From an uncultured Methanoregulaceae archaeon (GTDB lineage Archaea; Halobacteriota; Methanomicrobia; Methanomicrobiales; Methanospirillaceae), in contig CAVTTL010000001.1 of the NCBI GenBank assembly GCA_963737635.1, forward strand, positions 384,001 through 448,000: DNA of 64,000 nucleotides. Reading direction: 5' to 3'. Shown in pieces: positions 31,391-41,602 of this stretch. The notes below the pieces were generated by a model, which saw only the letters and a program-made list of their open reading frames with translations, did not search any database and was not told the DNA's origin. The number at the start of each line of letters is the position of its first letter. The first letter of the stretch is position 1. A program made the position numbers and the translations under genes.

Positions 31391-33515
31391 TTACTCGTCG
31401 TCCTCGTCAAGGTACCGGGACAAGGCATCCAGCAGCTCGTCTGCTGACTGGTACCGGTCTGCGGGATTTTTCATAAGGCACTTTAAGATAATCTTCTCCA
31501 CTGCCTCTGCATCGGGATTGTACTCAGTCGGGGGAATCGGCTCGTCCCTGACAATTGCATTGCCGACCTCAACAATACTCTCCCCTCCGAACGGTATTGA
31601 CCCGGTCACTAGTTCGTAAAAGAGGACCCCCAGCTGGTAGATGTCAGTACGGACATCCGTCCTGCCAAATTCTGCTGGGGAAACCTGCTCCGGTGCAGCG
31701 TACGAAAGGGAGAACCCGGCGACACTTGATTTCTCCATCGTAGTTGCGATGACCTTGCTCATGCCCCAGTCAGTAATTTTAGGGACAAAATCACTTGTCA
31801 CGAGAATGTTGTGCGGCTTAATATCACGGTGGATGATACCGTGGGCATGAGCATACGCAAGGCCGTCCGCAATACCATGCACAAGATGTACCGCTTTCCA
31901 GACCGGCAGGGGTTTTGCCACCGATTCCAAGGATCCGGGAACATATTCCATCTCGACATAGGGGACAGGGAGGATATTGACTTCAAGCACTTCGACAATA
32001 TTTTTATGCCTGAGTGTCTGCCATGCGGCAATCTCATTTAAGAAACATTTGCCGGTCACTTCGTCAAAACTGATGGGGATCTTGACAGCGACCAAGAGGT
32101 TATCCGATTTGCGGTGAGCGGCAAAGACATGTGCAACACCACCGCGGCCGATATGCCGGATATCCCCGTACCTGCCTTCGAGTTCTGGGGGAAAATAAAA
32201 TTTGGGGACTGCTGCCTGAGGTGTTTCCCGGGGAGCTGGTGCTACTTCAGTCTCGGGTGTCGGCGTAGTGACCTTGGCATTGGTATCCAGAGGACGCACG
32301 CTGTTATCCTGGGGTTCTTCCTTTACGTGCAGGTCGAGCACCTGACGGGGATGCGTATCTCCCAGGGTTGACGGGGGTCTTGAACTCGACCCTGTACGGT
32401 TCGCACGTGATCTGATGAAGAGTAAACCGCCGGCACCGACAATACAAATCACCAGAGCCAGTATAACAAGCGTGACCATTACACGATCTGCCCGGTCTGC
32501 CGTCGCGGGGAGCTCCTGTGCCCGCCAGCGCTGATCCCTGCTCTCCCGTAGTAGCTATCTGGGTAGGGACTGGAGCCGTTATTGCCCCGGCTGCCGCAGG
32601 CCGGATCTGCGAATAATACTCAATAGGATCCAGAAGAGGGGCAGGGTCGACATCGTTCTGGATAGCGGCAGTTCCCGCAGCACGGATTGATCCGGACCGG
32701 ACCAGATAGGGTGTATTCCCGATACCATCGGAATTCTGGTCAGTACCCCGGTAATCGCTCCAGTAATTCCCCAGTCTTCCGGTAAACGATCTCCCCAGAT
32801 AGACGTAGGATAAATCAGAAGGTGATTCCCAGAGCTGATCGGTGCCTCTGGAAAGGACGTTTTCTGTATTGGAGAAGGTGTTAATTGTGATCGTATTGGC
32901 GCTCGACAGCTCATCAAGCGTTATTCCTAGGGTGTTTTTCGTTACGGTGTTTCTTTCAATCAGATTGTTTTTTGCGCTTCTGAGCACGACGCCTGCACGG
33001 TTATTATTCGTTATAATGTTGTCAGTGATGGAATTGCCATTCGATGAAGAGAGCTGGATTCCGGCAGCATTCCCGGTAAGAGTGTTATTTTCAATCGTAT
33101 TCGCATTCGACGTGACGAGAATCCCGTTTGCCACACTGTTCTGGATGGTGAAGCCCTCAACAGTACATCCATCGGCATCAATTTCAACAGCAGTTCCCGT
33201 CTTTCCCGGGTCAATGACCGGCGCCCCCGTTCCGGTATCAACGCCGATAAGCGTGATCTTCTTATCAATCTTGACGATGCCCGGATAGGTCCCGCTCCAC
33301 ACAATAATCGTATCAAGGGGCGAGGCCCATGTGACGGCAGTCTGGATGCTGGTAAAGCTCCCTCCGGAAGGTGCAACAATGTACTGCGCTCCGGATACCG
33401 GAGAGACACATACTGCACTTATAAGCAGCACGGCTGCACAGCAGAAAAGGGCTACGGATTGAGGGCACATCACGAACGTGGGAAAGGTTTTCGGGATCAT
33501 AGTCTTATTCAACAT
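31391..33515 (-). CDS. Receptor-type Ser/Thr kinase (signal peptide - NosD/parallel beta-helix - TM - Hanks kinase); apparent +1 frameshift near 32507
   Basis: Kinase motifs GRGG, AVK, HRDIKPHN, DWG, YAAPE and DIYQLG. NosD motifs GNYWSDY and DGIGNTPY. Removing one base from the G-run at 32507-32510 joins the two ORFs in frame. Confidence 0.75.
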
Positions 33516-33570
33516 TCGGGGTCAGCAGAGAGGTACCGCCTTCATTCGCGTTCGCCTGGATATAAAGAAG

Positions 33571-34404
33571 TTATGGGTTTTTTGGGATAATTAACAGTAG
33601 CTTAACTCCGCCTGCCCCTTTTGCAAGCTCAAGAAGATCACCGTCATGGACCAGTGTAGGTACACTGCGTTCCAGCCGCGCATTGTTCAATACCGTTCCA
33701 CCAGTACTTCCACAATCTTCAAAGTACCACCCGTCTTTTTTCTGGAGAAATTTCCCATGGGGTTTTGAGATCCGGGTTACAGCAGTGTAGGTACCAGAGA
33801 TCTCGACATCCCCGTCCCCGGTCGCACCTGCGGGACGTTCAGGATCACTCCTTCCGACGCGCACCCCGTCGCTCCGCAACAGGAATGTTTTACCATCATC
33901 GTGTCCTCCCAGAACGATAACCGCAGGGACATTCCCGAGGACTTCTTTGGAGAGCGTGTTTTTTACTGACTCCAGTCTCCTTGAAATCTCCCCGCCAATG
34001 ATCTGGACCTTGGTATTGGAGAACAGCCCGAGGTTCCGGATAATGGACTCCAGACCCCCCGGGACAAGAGAATACTGCCATACCGGGTGAATGCCTTTTG
34101 ACGTCGGAGATCCCAGACCCGCTTCTTTTTTTATTACCCCGATACTCATGAGCTTGTCGAGGTGTTTTTTTGTATTCTCGTAGCTGGTCTCGATCTCCCG
34201 GGAGATCGCCCGCGCATCATGGGGTTTCTTTTCGAGGAATTTAACAATCCTCAGCCTGGCACCGCTGGAGAGCACATCCAGATATTCTGATAGTTCATCG
34301 AGAGAATCCTCCGTATCCTCAACGACGATTGTGGGAAACTTGTCTGCAGGGTTCATATTTATCCTGAGAGGTACGTCGCTTTGACGTACTATAACCCTAT
34401 GCAC
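33571..34404 (-). CDS. ArsR-like wHTH + FHA domain transcription regulator
   Basis: N-terminal wHTH (RLRIVKFL...TKKHLDKL); FHA motifs GR, IS..H and STGGTVLN. Confidence 0.85.
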   Translation of the reverse strand: MHRVIVRQSDVPLRINMNPADKFPTIVVEDTEDSLDELSEYLDVLSSGARLRIVKFLEKKPHDARAISREIETSYENTKKHLDKLMSIGVIKKEAGLGSPTSKGIHPVWQYSLVPGGLESIIRNLGLFSNTKVQIIGGEISRRLESVKNTLSKEVLGNVPAVIVLGGHDDGKTFLLRSDGVRVGRSDPERPAGATGDGDVEISGTYTAVTRISKPHGKFLQKKDGWYFEDCGSTGGTVLNNARLERSVPTLVHDGDLLELAKGAGGVKLLLIIPKNP

Positions 34405-34598
34405 GCACTACCTGCAGGATAAACGTTTTGTTTGGCAGTACCCTTGGCAAAGATGATGTAACCGGAAGGTTCAATGGTCTAACCGGTATCATAGGGGTAT
34501 TATATCAGGCGCAGTATGTAACTATACAATCAGGTGATACCCGTGAAGTATTTCGGCGTGTCACCGACCCATGAACAAAACCAAACGGAGGCACTCGA

Positions 34599-34850
34599 AT
34601 GGATACCGGCAAGATCCTGATGGGAACGGCGATGCTCCTCTTCATGATCGGTCTTCTGGTACATCCTGTGGGTGCAGTAAAAACCGGGTGCATTTTTCCA
34701 GTTGGGCAGACAGCTGTCATCGGGGGTTCAGGGCAGACCCCCTCTGGCAGCAATGCACCCTTCCCAACCGGGGCTGTCATCTCCGGCTCCGTCACACACC
34801 AGTACGAACGACTGACCACACCACCTGCATCCCTTCCGGATAACCCGTGA
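34599..34850 (+). CDS. Small secreted hypothetical protein
   Basis: GGAGG SD, signal-peptide-like N-terminus, Pro/Gly/Thr-rich body. Confidence 0.45.
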   Translation: MDTGKILMGTAMLLFMIGLLVHPVGAVKTGCIFPVGQTAVIGGSGQTPSGSNAPFPTGAVISGSVTHQYERLTTPPASLPDNP

Positions 34851-35183
34851 CTTACCCACGGAAAAGGAATGGGAGGTCTGACAGTATTTGAGCAGTATAT
34901 CAAGATGCCGGCAGGGAAAGAGCAAACATGTGCTGTTCTGCCGGCAAAACCTCACGCACATCCTCCAGGCTTTTACAGAAAAGCCCCATACTTCTTTTTT
35001 TATATACAGCAAAACAAACCGCAATCCGGAATGTACTAACTGCGATCCTTGACTGGCTAAATAAATGCATGAAAAACAAGGATTTGCCAGATTCTGCACC
35101 CTATCCGGAATGATCTCTTTTCGCAACGCCGTCAAAAAAGGAATGCTTACTGGTTTTGACCAGAACGCGTCTTTGGTTTTTTG

Positions 35184-36110
35184 TTATCTCTGTTTCTTAG
35201 CGGCCTTCGCAACGGCAATGGTCCCGATAATTCCGAGTGCAACAATCGGGAGCGTTCCGGACAATGGAGATTTCTTCGTAGAAACTGATATGGGTGTGAA
35301 GGTAACCGTCACGGTCTTTGGTGGTGTCTGGTTGATCACATATGTGGGCTGGGCCTCTGTGGGAACGGGTGTCGGCGTGGTAGTAATAGTCGTCGGGACG
35401 GTAGAGGTAAGTTTCACACCATCAACCCACCCCGACGCAAAGAGCCCCATCGTACCGTAATCGCCAACATTGCCAAGATAGATTCTGTTCATATCTTTGA
35501 GGTGAGACTGGGTAGAGGTAAAGTAACTCCAGAGCTGCTGACCAGTCTGTTTGTTGGTGACGGTTTCAGATATAATATTTGTATCGTTATTATAATCAAC
35601 TTCGACATGATAGGTAGTATTGAGTTGATAGTTAACCGTCGGTCCTCCGTACGAGGACATAGCACTGGTAATTTCGCTCTCTATTGCACTCTCAGTGACG
35701 GTATGAAGCACCATGATCAGACCGTCTTTCGCTGTGTTAGTGAATGCGGTAATTACGTTCGGACCTTTATTAAAGTCCATATCAGAACCCGTAAAACCTA
35801 TCCTGAACGTTGCCCCAGGATCCATCCTTTCGATCGTGACATCATATTCGAGGGTAAACGATCCACCATTAAAGATAATTGGGGGAGAATATGCATAATT
35901 ACCAGTACTTGGCTGGATACTGAAATTATACGATTCCCCCATCGAATTCCAGTAATCCAACGAAGGATTATTGGTCGTCCAGTCGGGATTGGTCGCAAAT
36001 GTATTTTGATAGAGTACAGTCTGGGTACTCGAATCAGCCCAAACGGGAGAAGTCATGATGACGACTGCCACAGCCACTATAAGTAACAAGAAAATCCGCG
36101 GGTATTTCAT
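35184..36110 (-). CDS. Secreted cell-surface glycoprotein with Thr/Pro linker and C-terminal sorting signal
   Basis: Signal peptide, N-x-T sites, PT-rich linker, then KKSPL-TM-KKQR tail. Confidence 0.75.
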   Translation of the reverse strand: MKYPRIFLLLIVAVAVVIMTSPVWADSSTQTVLYQNTFATNPDWTTNNPSLDYWNSMGESYNFSIQPSTGNYAYSPPIIFNGGSFTLEYDVTIERMDPGATFRIGFTGSDMDFNKGPNVITAFTNTAKDGLIMVLHTVTESAIESEITSAMSSYGGPTVNYQLNTTYHVEVDYNNDTNIISETVTNKQTGQQLWSYFTSTQSHLKDMNRIYLGNVGDYGTMGLFASGWVDGVKLTSTVPTTITTTPTPVPTEAQPTYVINQTPPKTVTVTFTPISVSTKKSPLSGTLPIVALGIIGTIAVAKAAKKQR

Positions 36111-36323
36111 GAAATTGACCTCCGATGAAGTGAACAAGGCTTTGGATCACATGTACGTTCATTCCGGTGCATAAGCCGAGTGCGTGAACATTTACAATGT
36201 GGTGTATTGTACTATGCTCCAACGCCGTTCATAAAAATATCGACCATCCGGGCGAATCCTCTTTTTGAAGAAACACTATATTTATCTTCGAAATAAGGCA
36301 ATATCATAGCGCAGTATTCAAAT

Positions 36324-36394
36324 GCGATAGTAGTCTAGCGGCAGGACAGGAGCTTCCCAAGCTTCTAACCCGGGTTCGATCCCCGGCTATCGCA
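36324..36394 (+). tRNA. tRNA-Gly (CCC)
   Basis: Acceptor GCGATAG/CTATCGC, anticodon arm GGAGC-TTCCCAA-GCTTC, T arm CCGGG-TTCGATC-CCCGG. Confidence 0.93.
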
Positions 36395-36403
36395 TCAGAT
36401 GTT

Positions 36404-37081
36404 ATGAACACGGAATCTGAACGCTGTGCAATGCGGATCATAGCAGAGAACACCAGGGGCGTTCTGCGGGATATTGCTACGGTGATTGCCGGACATGGCG
36501 CAAATATACTGATGATAAATCAGGAGATCTTCGATTCCGGCCCTTATGCAGGGATGGGAGAACTCTACCTCGAGTACGAACCGGGGCCCGACCGCGAACA
36601 GCTGGTACGCGACCTTGAGGCAATACAGTCGGTCAGGGACGTAAAAAACTTCCAGCCTTTCGGTGATATCTTCGGTTCACGAGTCATTATTATCGGGGGC
36701 GGGGCTCAGGTTGCCCAGGTTGCCCTCGGCGCTGTTAACGAAGCAGATCGCCATAATATCCGGGGCGAGAGAATATCGGTCGATACCATCCCCCTTGTTG
36801 GCGAACGGACATTGGCCCTCGCTGTCGACGCTGTTTCGCGTCTGCCCCGCGCATCTATCCTGGTACTCGCCGGGTCGATTATGGGGGGAGACATCTCAAA
36901 GGCCGTCGATCGTGTCCGTGAGGCTGGCATACCGGTCATAGCGCTCAAGATGGCCGGTACCGTACCCGAACACGCAGACTTAGTTGTGACCGATCCGATC
37001 CAGGCAGGAGTGTTTGCGGTTATGCACGTGAGCAGCAAGGCGGTATTCGACATCAGCCGGGTCCGCGGCAGGGAATTTTAA
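36404..37081 (+). CDS. ACT-domain protein (DUF5612-like)
   Basis: ACT motif N..GVL.DIA..IA..GANI; GGGAQVAQVA and EADRHNIRGERISVDT. Confidence 0.8.
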   Translation: MNTESERCAMRIIAENTRGVLRDIATVIAGHGANILMINQEIFDSGPYAGMGELYLEYEPGPDREQLVRDLEAIQSVRDVKNFQPFGDIFGSRVIIIGGGAQVAQVALGAVNEADRHNIRGERISVDTIPLVGERTLALAVDAVSRLPRASILVLAGSIMGGDISKAVDRVREAGIPVIALKMAGTVPEHADLVVTDPIQAGVFAVMHVSSKAVFDISRVRGREF

Positions 37082-37653
37082 TGGATATTATCGAGCGGGC
37101 AGTCTCCGTGCTGATGCATGACGGCCTCATCGTGTACCCGACAGACACGCTGTATGGCCTCGGAGCCGATGCCTTCTCCGAAGAGGCCATCGAGAAAGTC
37201 TATGAAGCAAAAAAGCGGGATCTTGCAAAGCCAATCTCCATTGCAGTCTCCGACTTCGAGATGTTCGCTGCAGTCTCTCACATCGACAGCTCCATGAAAG
37301 AGTTTATTGAAAAATTCCTGCCCGGACCTGTAACCGTGATTGTGCCCGCACGGAAAACGATTCCCGGTATCCTGACCGGGGGGACGGGTATGATCGGTAT
37401 CCGTATCCCGGCCCATGGGGTGGCCATCCAGATCATCGAACGGTTCGATGCACCTATCACTGCGACCAGTGCGAATCTCTCTGGAGGAAAAGATCCCCAG
37501 ACCCCGGAAGAGTGCACTGTACCCCGCGATCTCTTCATCGACGGCGGAAGGCTCTCCGGTACACCAAGCACCGTCGTGGATCTCACCAAAAAATCAATCG
37601 TCAGGCGCGGGGCAGATGCTGAAGCTATCGAAGTATTCCTGCGATCCTGCTGA
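37081..37653 (+). CDS. sua5: L-threonylcarbamoyladenylate synthase (Sua5/TsaC)
   Basis: YPTDTLYGL, K.R, PGPVT, TSANLSG and PSTVVD motifs. Confidence 0.92.
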   Translation: MDIIERAVSVLMHDGLIVYPTDTLYGLGADAFSEEAIEKVYEAKKRDLAKPISIAVSDFEMFAAVSHIDSSMKEFIEKFLPGPVTVIVPARKTIPGILTGGTGMIGIRIPAHGVAIQIIERFDAPITATSANLSGGKDPQTPEECTVPRDLFIDGGRLSGTPSTVVDLTKKSIVRRGADAEAIEVFLRSC

Positions 37654-37668
37654 CAACGAGCCGTCATT

Positions 37669-38592
37669 ATGCTGCCGATCCGCCTGCGTGATTTTGTCGA
37701 AGATCAGGATGGCTGGATCTACGCTGTCTCAACGTACGACAACGAACGAGATGTCGGATGCGTCCTCCGCTATGTCCCGGAAAGCGGCGGTGAACGGATC
37801 AGTCGGTCCGGCCAACGGTACCGCAAATACGATTTCGAGGATGCCTATGCCCGGATCGCGCGTGAAAAACCCGCCTACGCTGGAGTTGTCCAGCGCATTC
37901 CGGTTACTGATGTGCGCCGGATATTAAAACCGGATCTGGAGATCTCCCACATCGCTACATCGCATGACCGGGTTAAACGGCTGCTCGACTTGTTCCGGTT
38001 GCCACCGGGCGCGATCGGCTGCACCGGGTCACTCCTGTGCGGTCTTGAAAACGAGGGTTCGGATATCGACATAGTAGTCTACGGCACGCACTGGTTTACC
38101 GCCCAGAATCTTGTTAAAAAAGGAATAACCGATGGCAGTATTGAAGGCATGTCATCGGAGATGTGGCGTAAAGTGTACGAGAAGCGCAAACCCGAGATCA
38201 GTTACGAGGCCTTCGTGCTCCATGAGCAGCGGAAAGGGAACCGGGGACAGATTGAAGGAACCTATTTCGATATCCTGTATACGCGATCCTACGATAACCT
38301 TATAGGACTCCCCGCCGGGAAAGGAGAGATTCTCGGTAAGGAAACAATAGTGGCAAAGGTTACCGATGCCTCACTTGCGTTCGACAACCCGGCGGTGTAT
38401 GTGATTGAGCACGAATCAGTGAGCAGGGTTCTCTCGTTTACCCACACGTACAGTGGCCAAGCCCTTGCAGGAGAAATGATTGAAGCCTGCGGGGTCATAG
38501 AGCAGCACGGTACAGAACGCTGGCTCATTGTCGGTACGACCCGGGATGCGAAAGGAGAATATATCGTATCAAAGACGCTGCTTGGCGAGTAA
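37669..38592 (+). CDS. Pol-beta-type nucleotidyltransferase domain protein
   Basis: GCTGSLL...SDIDIVVYG motif. Confidence 0.75.
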   Translation: MLPIRLRDFVEDQDGWIYAVSTYDNERDVGCVLRYVPESGGERISRSGQRYRKYDFEDAYARIAREKPAYAGVVQRIPVTDVRRILKPDLEISHIATSHDRVKRLLDLFRLPPGAIGCTGSLLCGLENEGSDIDIVVYGTHWFTAQNLVKKGITDGSIEGMSSEMWRKVYEKRKPEISYEAFVLHEQRKGNRGQIEGTYFDILYTRSYDNLIGLPAGKGEILGKETIVAKVTDASLAFDNPAVYVIEHESVSRVLSFTHTYSGQALAGEMIEACGVIEQHGTERWLIVGTTRDAKGEYIVSKTLLGE

Positions 38593-38741
38593 TGCTTTTT
38601 CCCCCATGATCCACCATTTTTATCAGCGAATCCGGCGAGGGGATTTGGGCTCCTTGGTCGGTGCATCCGGGATTTGGTTCTTGTATTTAGGTAAGAAAAA
38701 GACACCAACAACTTTATAAACTGAGTCATAAACGAATAACC

Positions 38742-40187
38742 TTGAATATGAGACGAGATACGGCTTGGTCTTGCAGGGATCAAGCTCTTTCTGAAGTAAT
38801 AGGATTTGTCCTTATTATTGCGATTATTATGGCCGCATTCTCGCTGTACCTAGTCTATGGCGTCCCGGTGCAAGGGCGGGAGAATGAGATCAATCACATG
38901 AATGATATTAATGACCAGTTCGTGAGCTATAAGATCGGCGTGGATTCGCTCTGGACAAACCAGCAGGAAAATATCGCCATGAGTACTACCTTCCCTCTTG
39001 GCACCTCCGGCCAGACTGCGCAGGGAAGCACCAGCATCATACCGGTCTTGCAACCCATCGGATCGAGTGGTGCCCTCTTTATTAATCAGAGGACGTTAAC
39101 GCCGGAAACATTCGCTGTTTCATCTACATCGTATATCACTAATACAACAGCGATGACATCCGGTCCTCAAATTCAGATCGCGACGTCCCCCCAGATTACT
39201 ACACAGGTATATTCGAATGTCCCCTCCAGCCTGCTCATCAATATAACTGCAAATAATGTAAACCAGAATGAAAATCCCGCACGAAGCATTATCATTAACG
39301 GGAATTCATGGAATGCAATCATCAATATTACGCCACAATTGACGTATTATGTAACCTATTCACTTTCCAGTGGGACTCTTACTCAGAGCCCGGCGTTCAA
39401 TTATACCGGAACAGACGTCACCGTTACCGTGCAAAAAAAAGGAATCACATCTCTGGCGAGTTTTATAGTGTACCCCAATATCCAACAAGGTTCCACCTAT
39501 TCGGTTGACCTGCTGGATCCTGCCTATGGTTTAAACAGTGTCATATCCTACCCTGCCACAATCACGTATTCCCTTTATAATCCAACATCGGATATGACGG
39601 CAACTGCAACAGCTGAGTATGCCTACCAGCCCCAGTATAATTATACCTATTTAGTCCCACTCGGTTCCCTCGAATACAGTACGAGCAACAATTACTGGAT
39701 CCCACAGACGTACTATTACCAGATGGGCGGAGTGTTCCTTTCCCAGAGCGACGGGATCACCTATAAGCTTCCACCAGAGATTACGTTTACCTACAACGGG
39801 AACGGGAATATAACGGTAAACATTGTCGCGATCGCTTACGACCCTGCGAGTTCCGGTGTGATCGGTGGATCCAGCCCGGCGCAGGTATCGACGTCATTAA
39901 AAACCGATGCCGGCGCTCTGCCATACGCACCGATCAGCCTTAACACATGGAACGCAAGTATTAATATTACAACACCGGATCCGGATGCAGCCTTAATGTG
40001 GGCAGCGTACCTGAATGCGGCAGCAAACCAGACAGCAGGAATTCCAACAACTTACTTTACAGCGGAAAATACGACCACGGGGAGTTATATTTTGTTGCCG
40101 GGAGGAAATGATGGGAATCCCCACATCACTCTCAATGTAAAGACCGCAAACCTTTCCGTCAGTGTGCAGAGTGTGGCAAGTACATGA
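38742..40187 (+). CDS. Large archaeal type IV pilin-like protein
   Basis: Class III signal peptide (DQA|LSEVIGFVLIIAII, E at +3) and a long Ser/Thr/Asn-rich beta region. Confidence 0.75.
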   Translation: MNMRRDTAWSCRDQALSEVIGFVLIIAIIMAAFSLYLVYGVPVQGRENEINHMNDINDQFVSYKIGVDSLWTNQQENIAMSTTFPLGTSGQTAQGSTSIIPVLQPIGSSGALFINQRTLTPETFAVSSTSYITNTTAMTSGPQIQIATSPQITTQVYSNVPSSLLINITANNVNQNENPARSIIINGNSWNAIINITPQLTYYVTYSLSSGTLTQSPAFNYTGTDVTVTVQKKGITSLASFIVYPNIQQGSTYSVDLLDPAYGLNSVISYPATITYSLYNPTSDMTATATAEYAYQPQYNYTYLVPLGSLEYSTSNNYWIPQTYYYQMGGVFLSQSDGITYKLPPEITFTYNGNGNITVNIVAIAYDPASSGVIGGSSPAQVSTSLKTDAGALPYAPISLNTWNASINITTPDPDAALMWAAYLNAAANQTAGIPTTYFTAENTTTGSYILLPGGNDGNPHITLNVKTANLSVSVQSVAST

Positions 40188-41104
40188 GAAGCTCTGACAA
40201 GAGTGGCGAGGGTGCGGCATCCGAAGTTATCGGGACAGTTCTGTTGATCACTATCGTAGTTATTGCAGGATCGATTGTCGGTGTCGCTGTCCTATCCCAG
40301 CCGCAGGCACAGAAGATCCCTGCGCTCAGTGCCCTCATCTCGAACCATAGCCAGATCGTGTATATCAAACATGACGGGGGGGAATCGCTGCTAAATGGAA
40401 CCTATAAGATCCTGGTTGATGGTGTTGATGTCACATCCAGTATCAGCACCCCTTCCACGTGGTCTATCGGAGAAACGCTCACCTATACCAAACCGGGGAC
40501 TACTCCACCATCAAGTGTGGTACTTGTGTATACCGGATATGGCTCCGCAGGAGTGGTTTTAACTTCGGCGTATTTCGGACAGTATGTGGGCGGAGGATCA
40601 CCCACTGGAACAACGACTACAACGGCCACCGTAACTGCAACTACAACGACTATAACGACGGCTACCACTACGGCAACACCAGTCTCGGCGCCGGTGGCTA
40701 ACTTCACGGGCATACCGCTCACCGGAACCGCACCGCTTATAGTCCAGTTCACCGATACCTCTACGGGTACCCCGACTTCGTGGAACTGGTCATTTGGAGA
40801 TACATCATTCTCTGCCGCCCAAAACCCATCACACACCTATTCAACCGCAGGAACCTATTCCGTTACATTGACCGCAGCAAATGCCGGTGGGGGCAATGCA
40901 ATAACTAAAACCGGTTATATCACAGTTAATCCAAGCCAGATTCCCGCATCCACAGTTCTTGTGAATGCTAACAACTACCCAGGTAAACCGGGGTATCTGC
41001 TGAGTGGTGGATATATACAGTTCACCGTAACAGGAGATTATTACGAGATAACCTACGGAAGTACTCAGCATACATTTAATAATGGCGATATTGTCAGACT
41101 AACG
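40184..41104 (+). pseudogene. Type IV pilin + PKD domain gene, 5' part, interrupted by the IS
   Basis: EGA|ASEVIGTVLLI pilin N-terminus, HDGGE, Thr-rich linker, PKD domain (APVANF...WNWSFGD...NPSHTY). The frame enters the IS at 41105. Confidence 0.85.
41097..41104 (+). repeat. Target-site duplication GACTAACG (left copy)
   Basis: Identical 8-mer at 45101-45108. Confidence 0.95.
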
Positions 41105-41158
41105 GGTTCTGTTGCGTTGTCGGGACTTCTCAGGTAGGTGTTGCATGGCGGGACTTTT
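41105..41158 (+). repeat. Left terminal inverted repeat (54 bp)
   Basis: Exact reverse complement of 45047-45100. Confidence 0.95.
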
Positions 41159-41180
41159 GGAGCAATAGATACAAGTCAGA

Positions 41181-41543
41181 TCAACCAAATTGATTTTTGT
41201 TTAAAATCAGTTCTTTTATTTGAATAAATATTGATAACTTTTTTTTTGTAAATTTGAATTTAATGGAATTTACCGCAGTACAAAAAATAGTGATCAATCC
41301 ACATGCATCTCCATCAAAGTCCAATATAGACCCTATCATAATCACAGATTTTCGAATCGCTAAAAGATCTCTATCCGTTTCGGCATAACTTTCGATAGTG
41401 CTTAATAATGATAGGATTTCATTCATCTTTGAAATTTTTTCAGATTTAGTTAATTCTTTATTAGTTAAAAGTTCTGACGTTATTTTAGAAATTTCAATCT
41501 TTTTATTGACCAGCATAAGCCGCTCAGCCTCGGTCAGTTCCAT
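41181..41543 (-). CDS. Hypothetical passenger protein
   Basis: 120-aa AT-rich ORF downstream of the transposase; no recognisable motif. Confidence 0.55.
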   Translation of the reverse strand: MELTEAERLMLVNKKIEISKITSELLTNKELTKSEKISKMNEILSLLSTIESYAETDRDLLAIRKSVIMIGSILDFDGDACGLITIFCTAVNSIKFKFTKKKLSIFIQIKELILNKNQFG

Positions 41544-41602
41544 GAACCATTATTTGTGGATGTTTATAATATGGTTTTGGGTAGGAAAAACAAAAAAGAG
41601 AG

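Noticed and set aside
36324-36394. tRNA genes as integration sites
   Set aside because: I saw no integrase or duplicated tRNA 3' end near any of the three tRNAs.
40606-40680. ACN-rich quasi-repeat
   Set aside because: It encodes the Thr-rich linker of the pilin/PKD protein.
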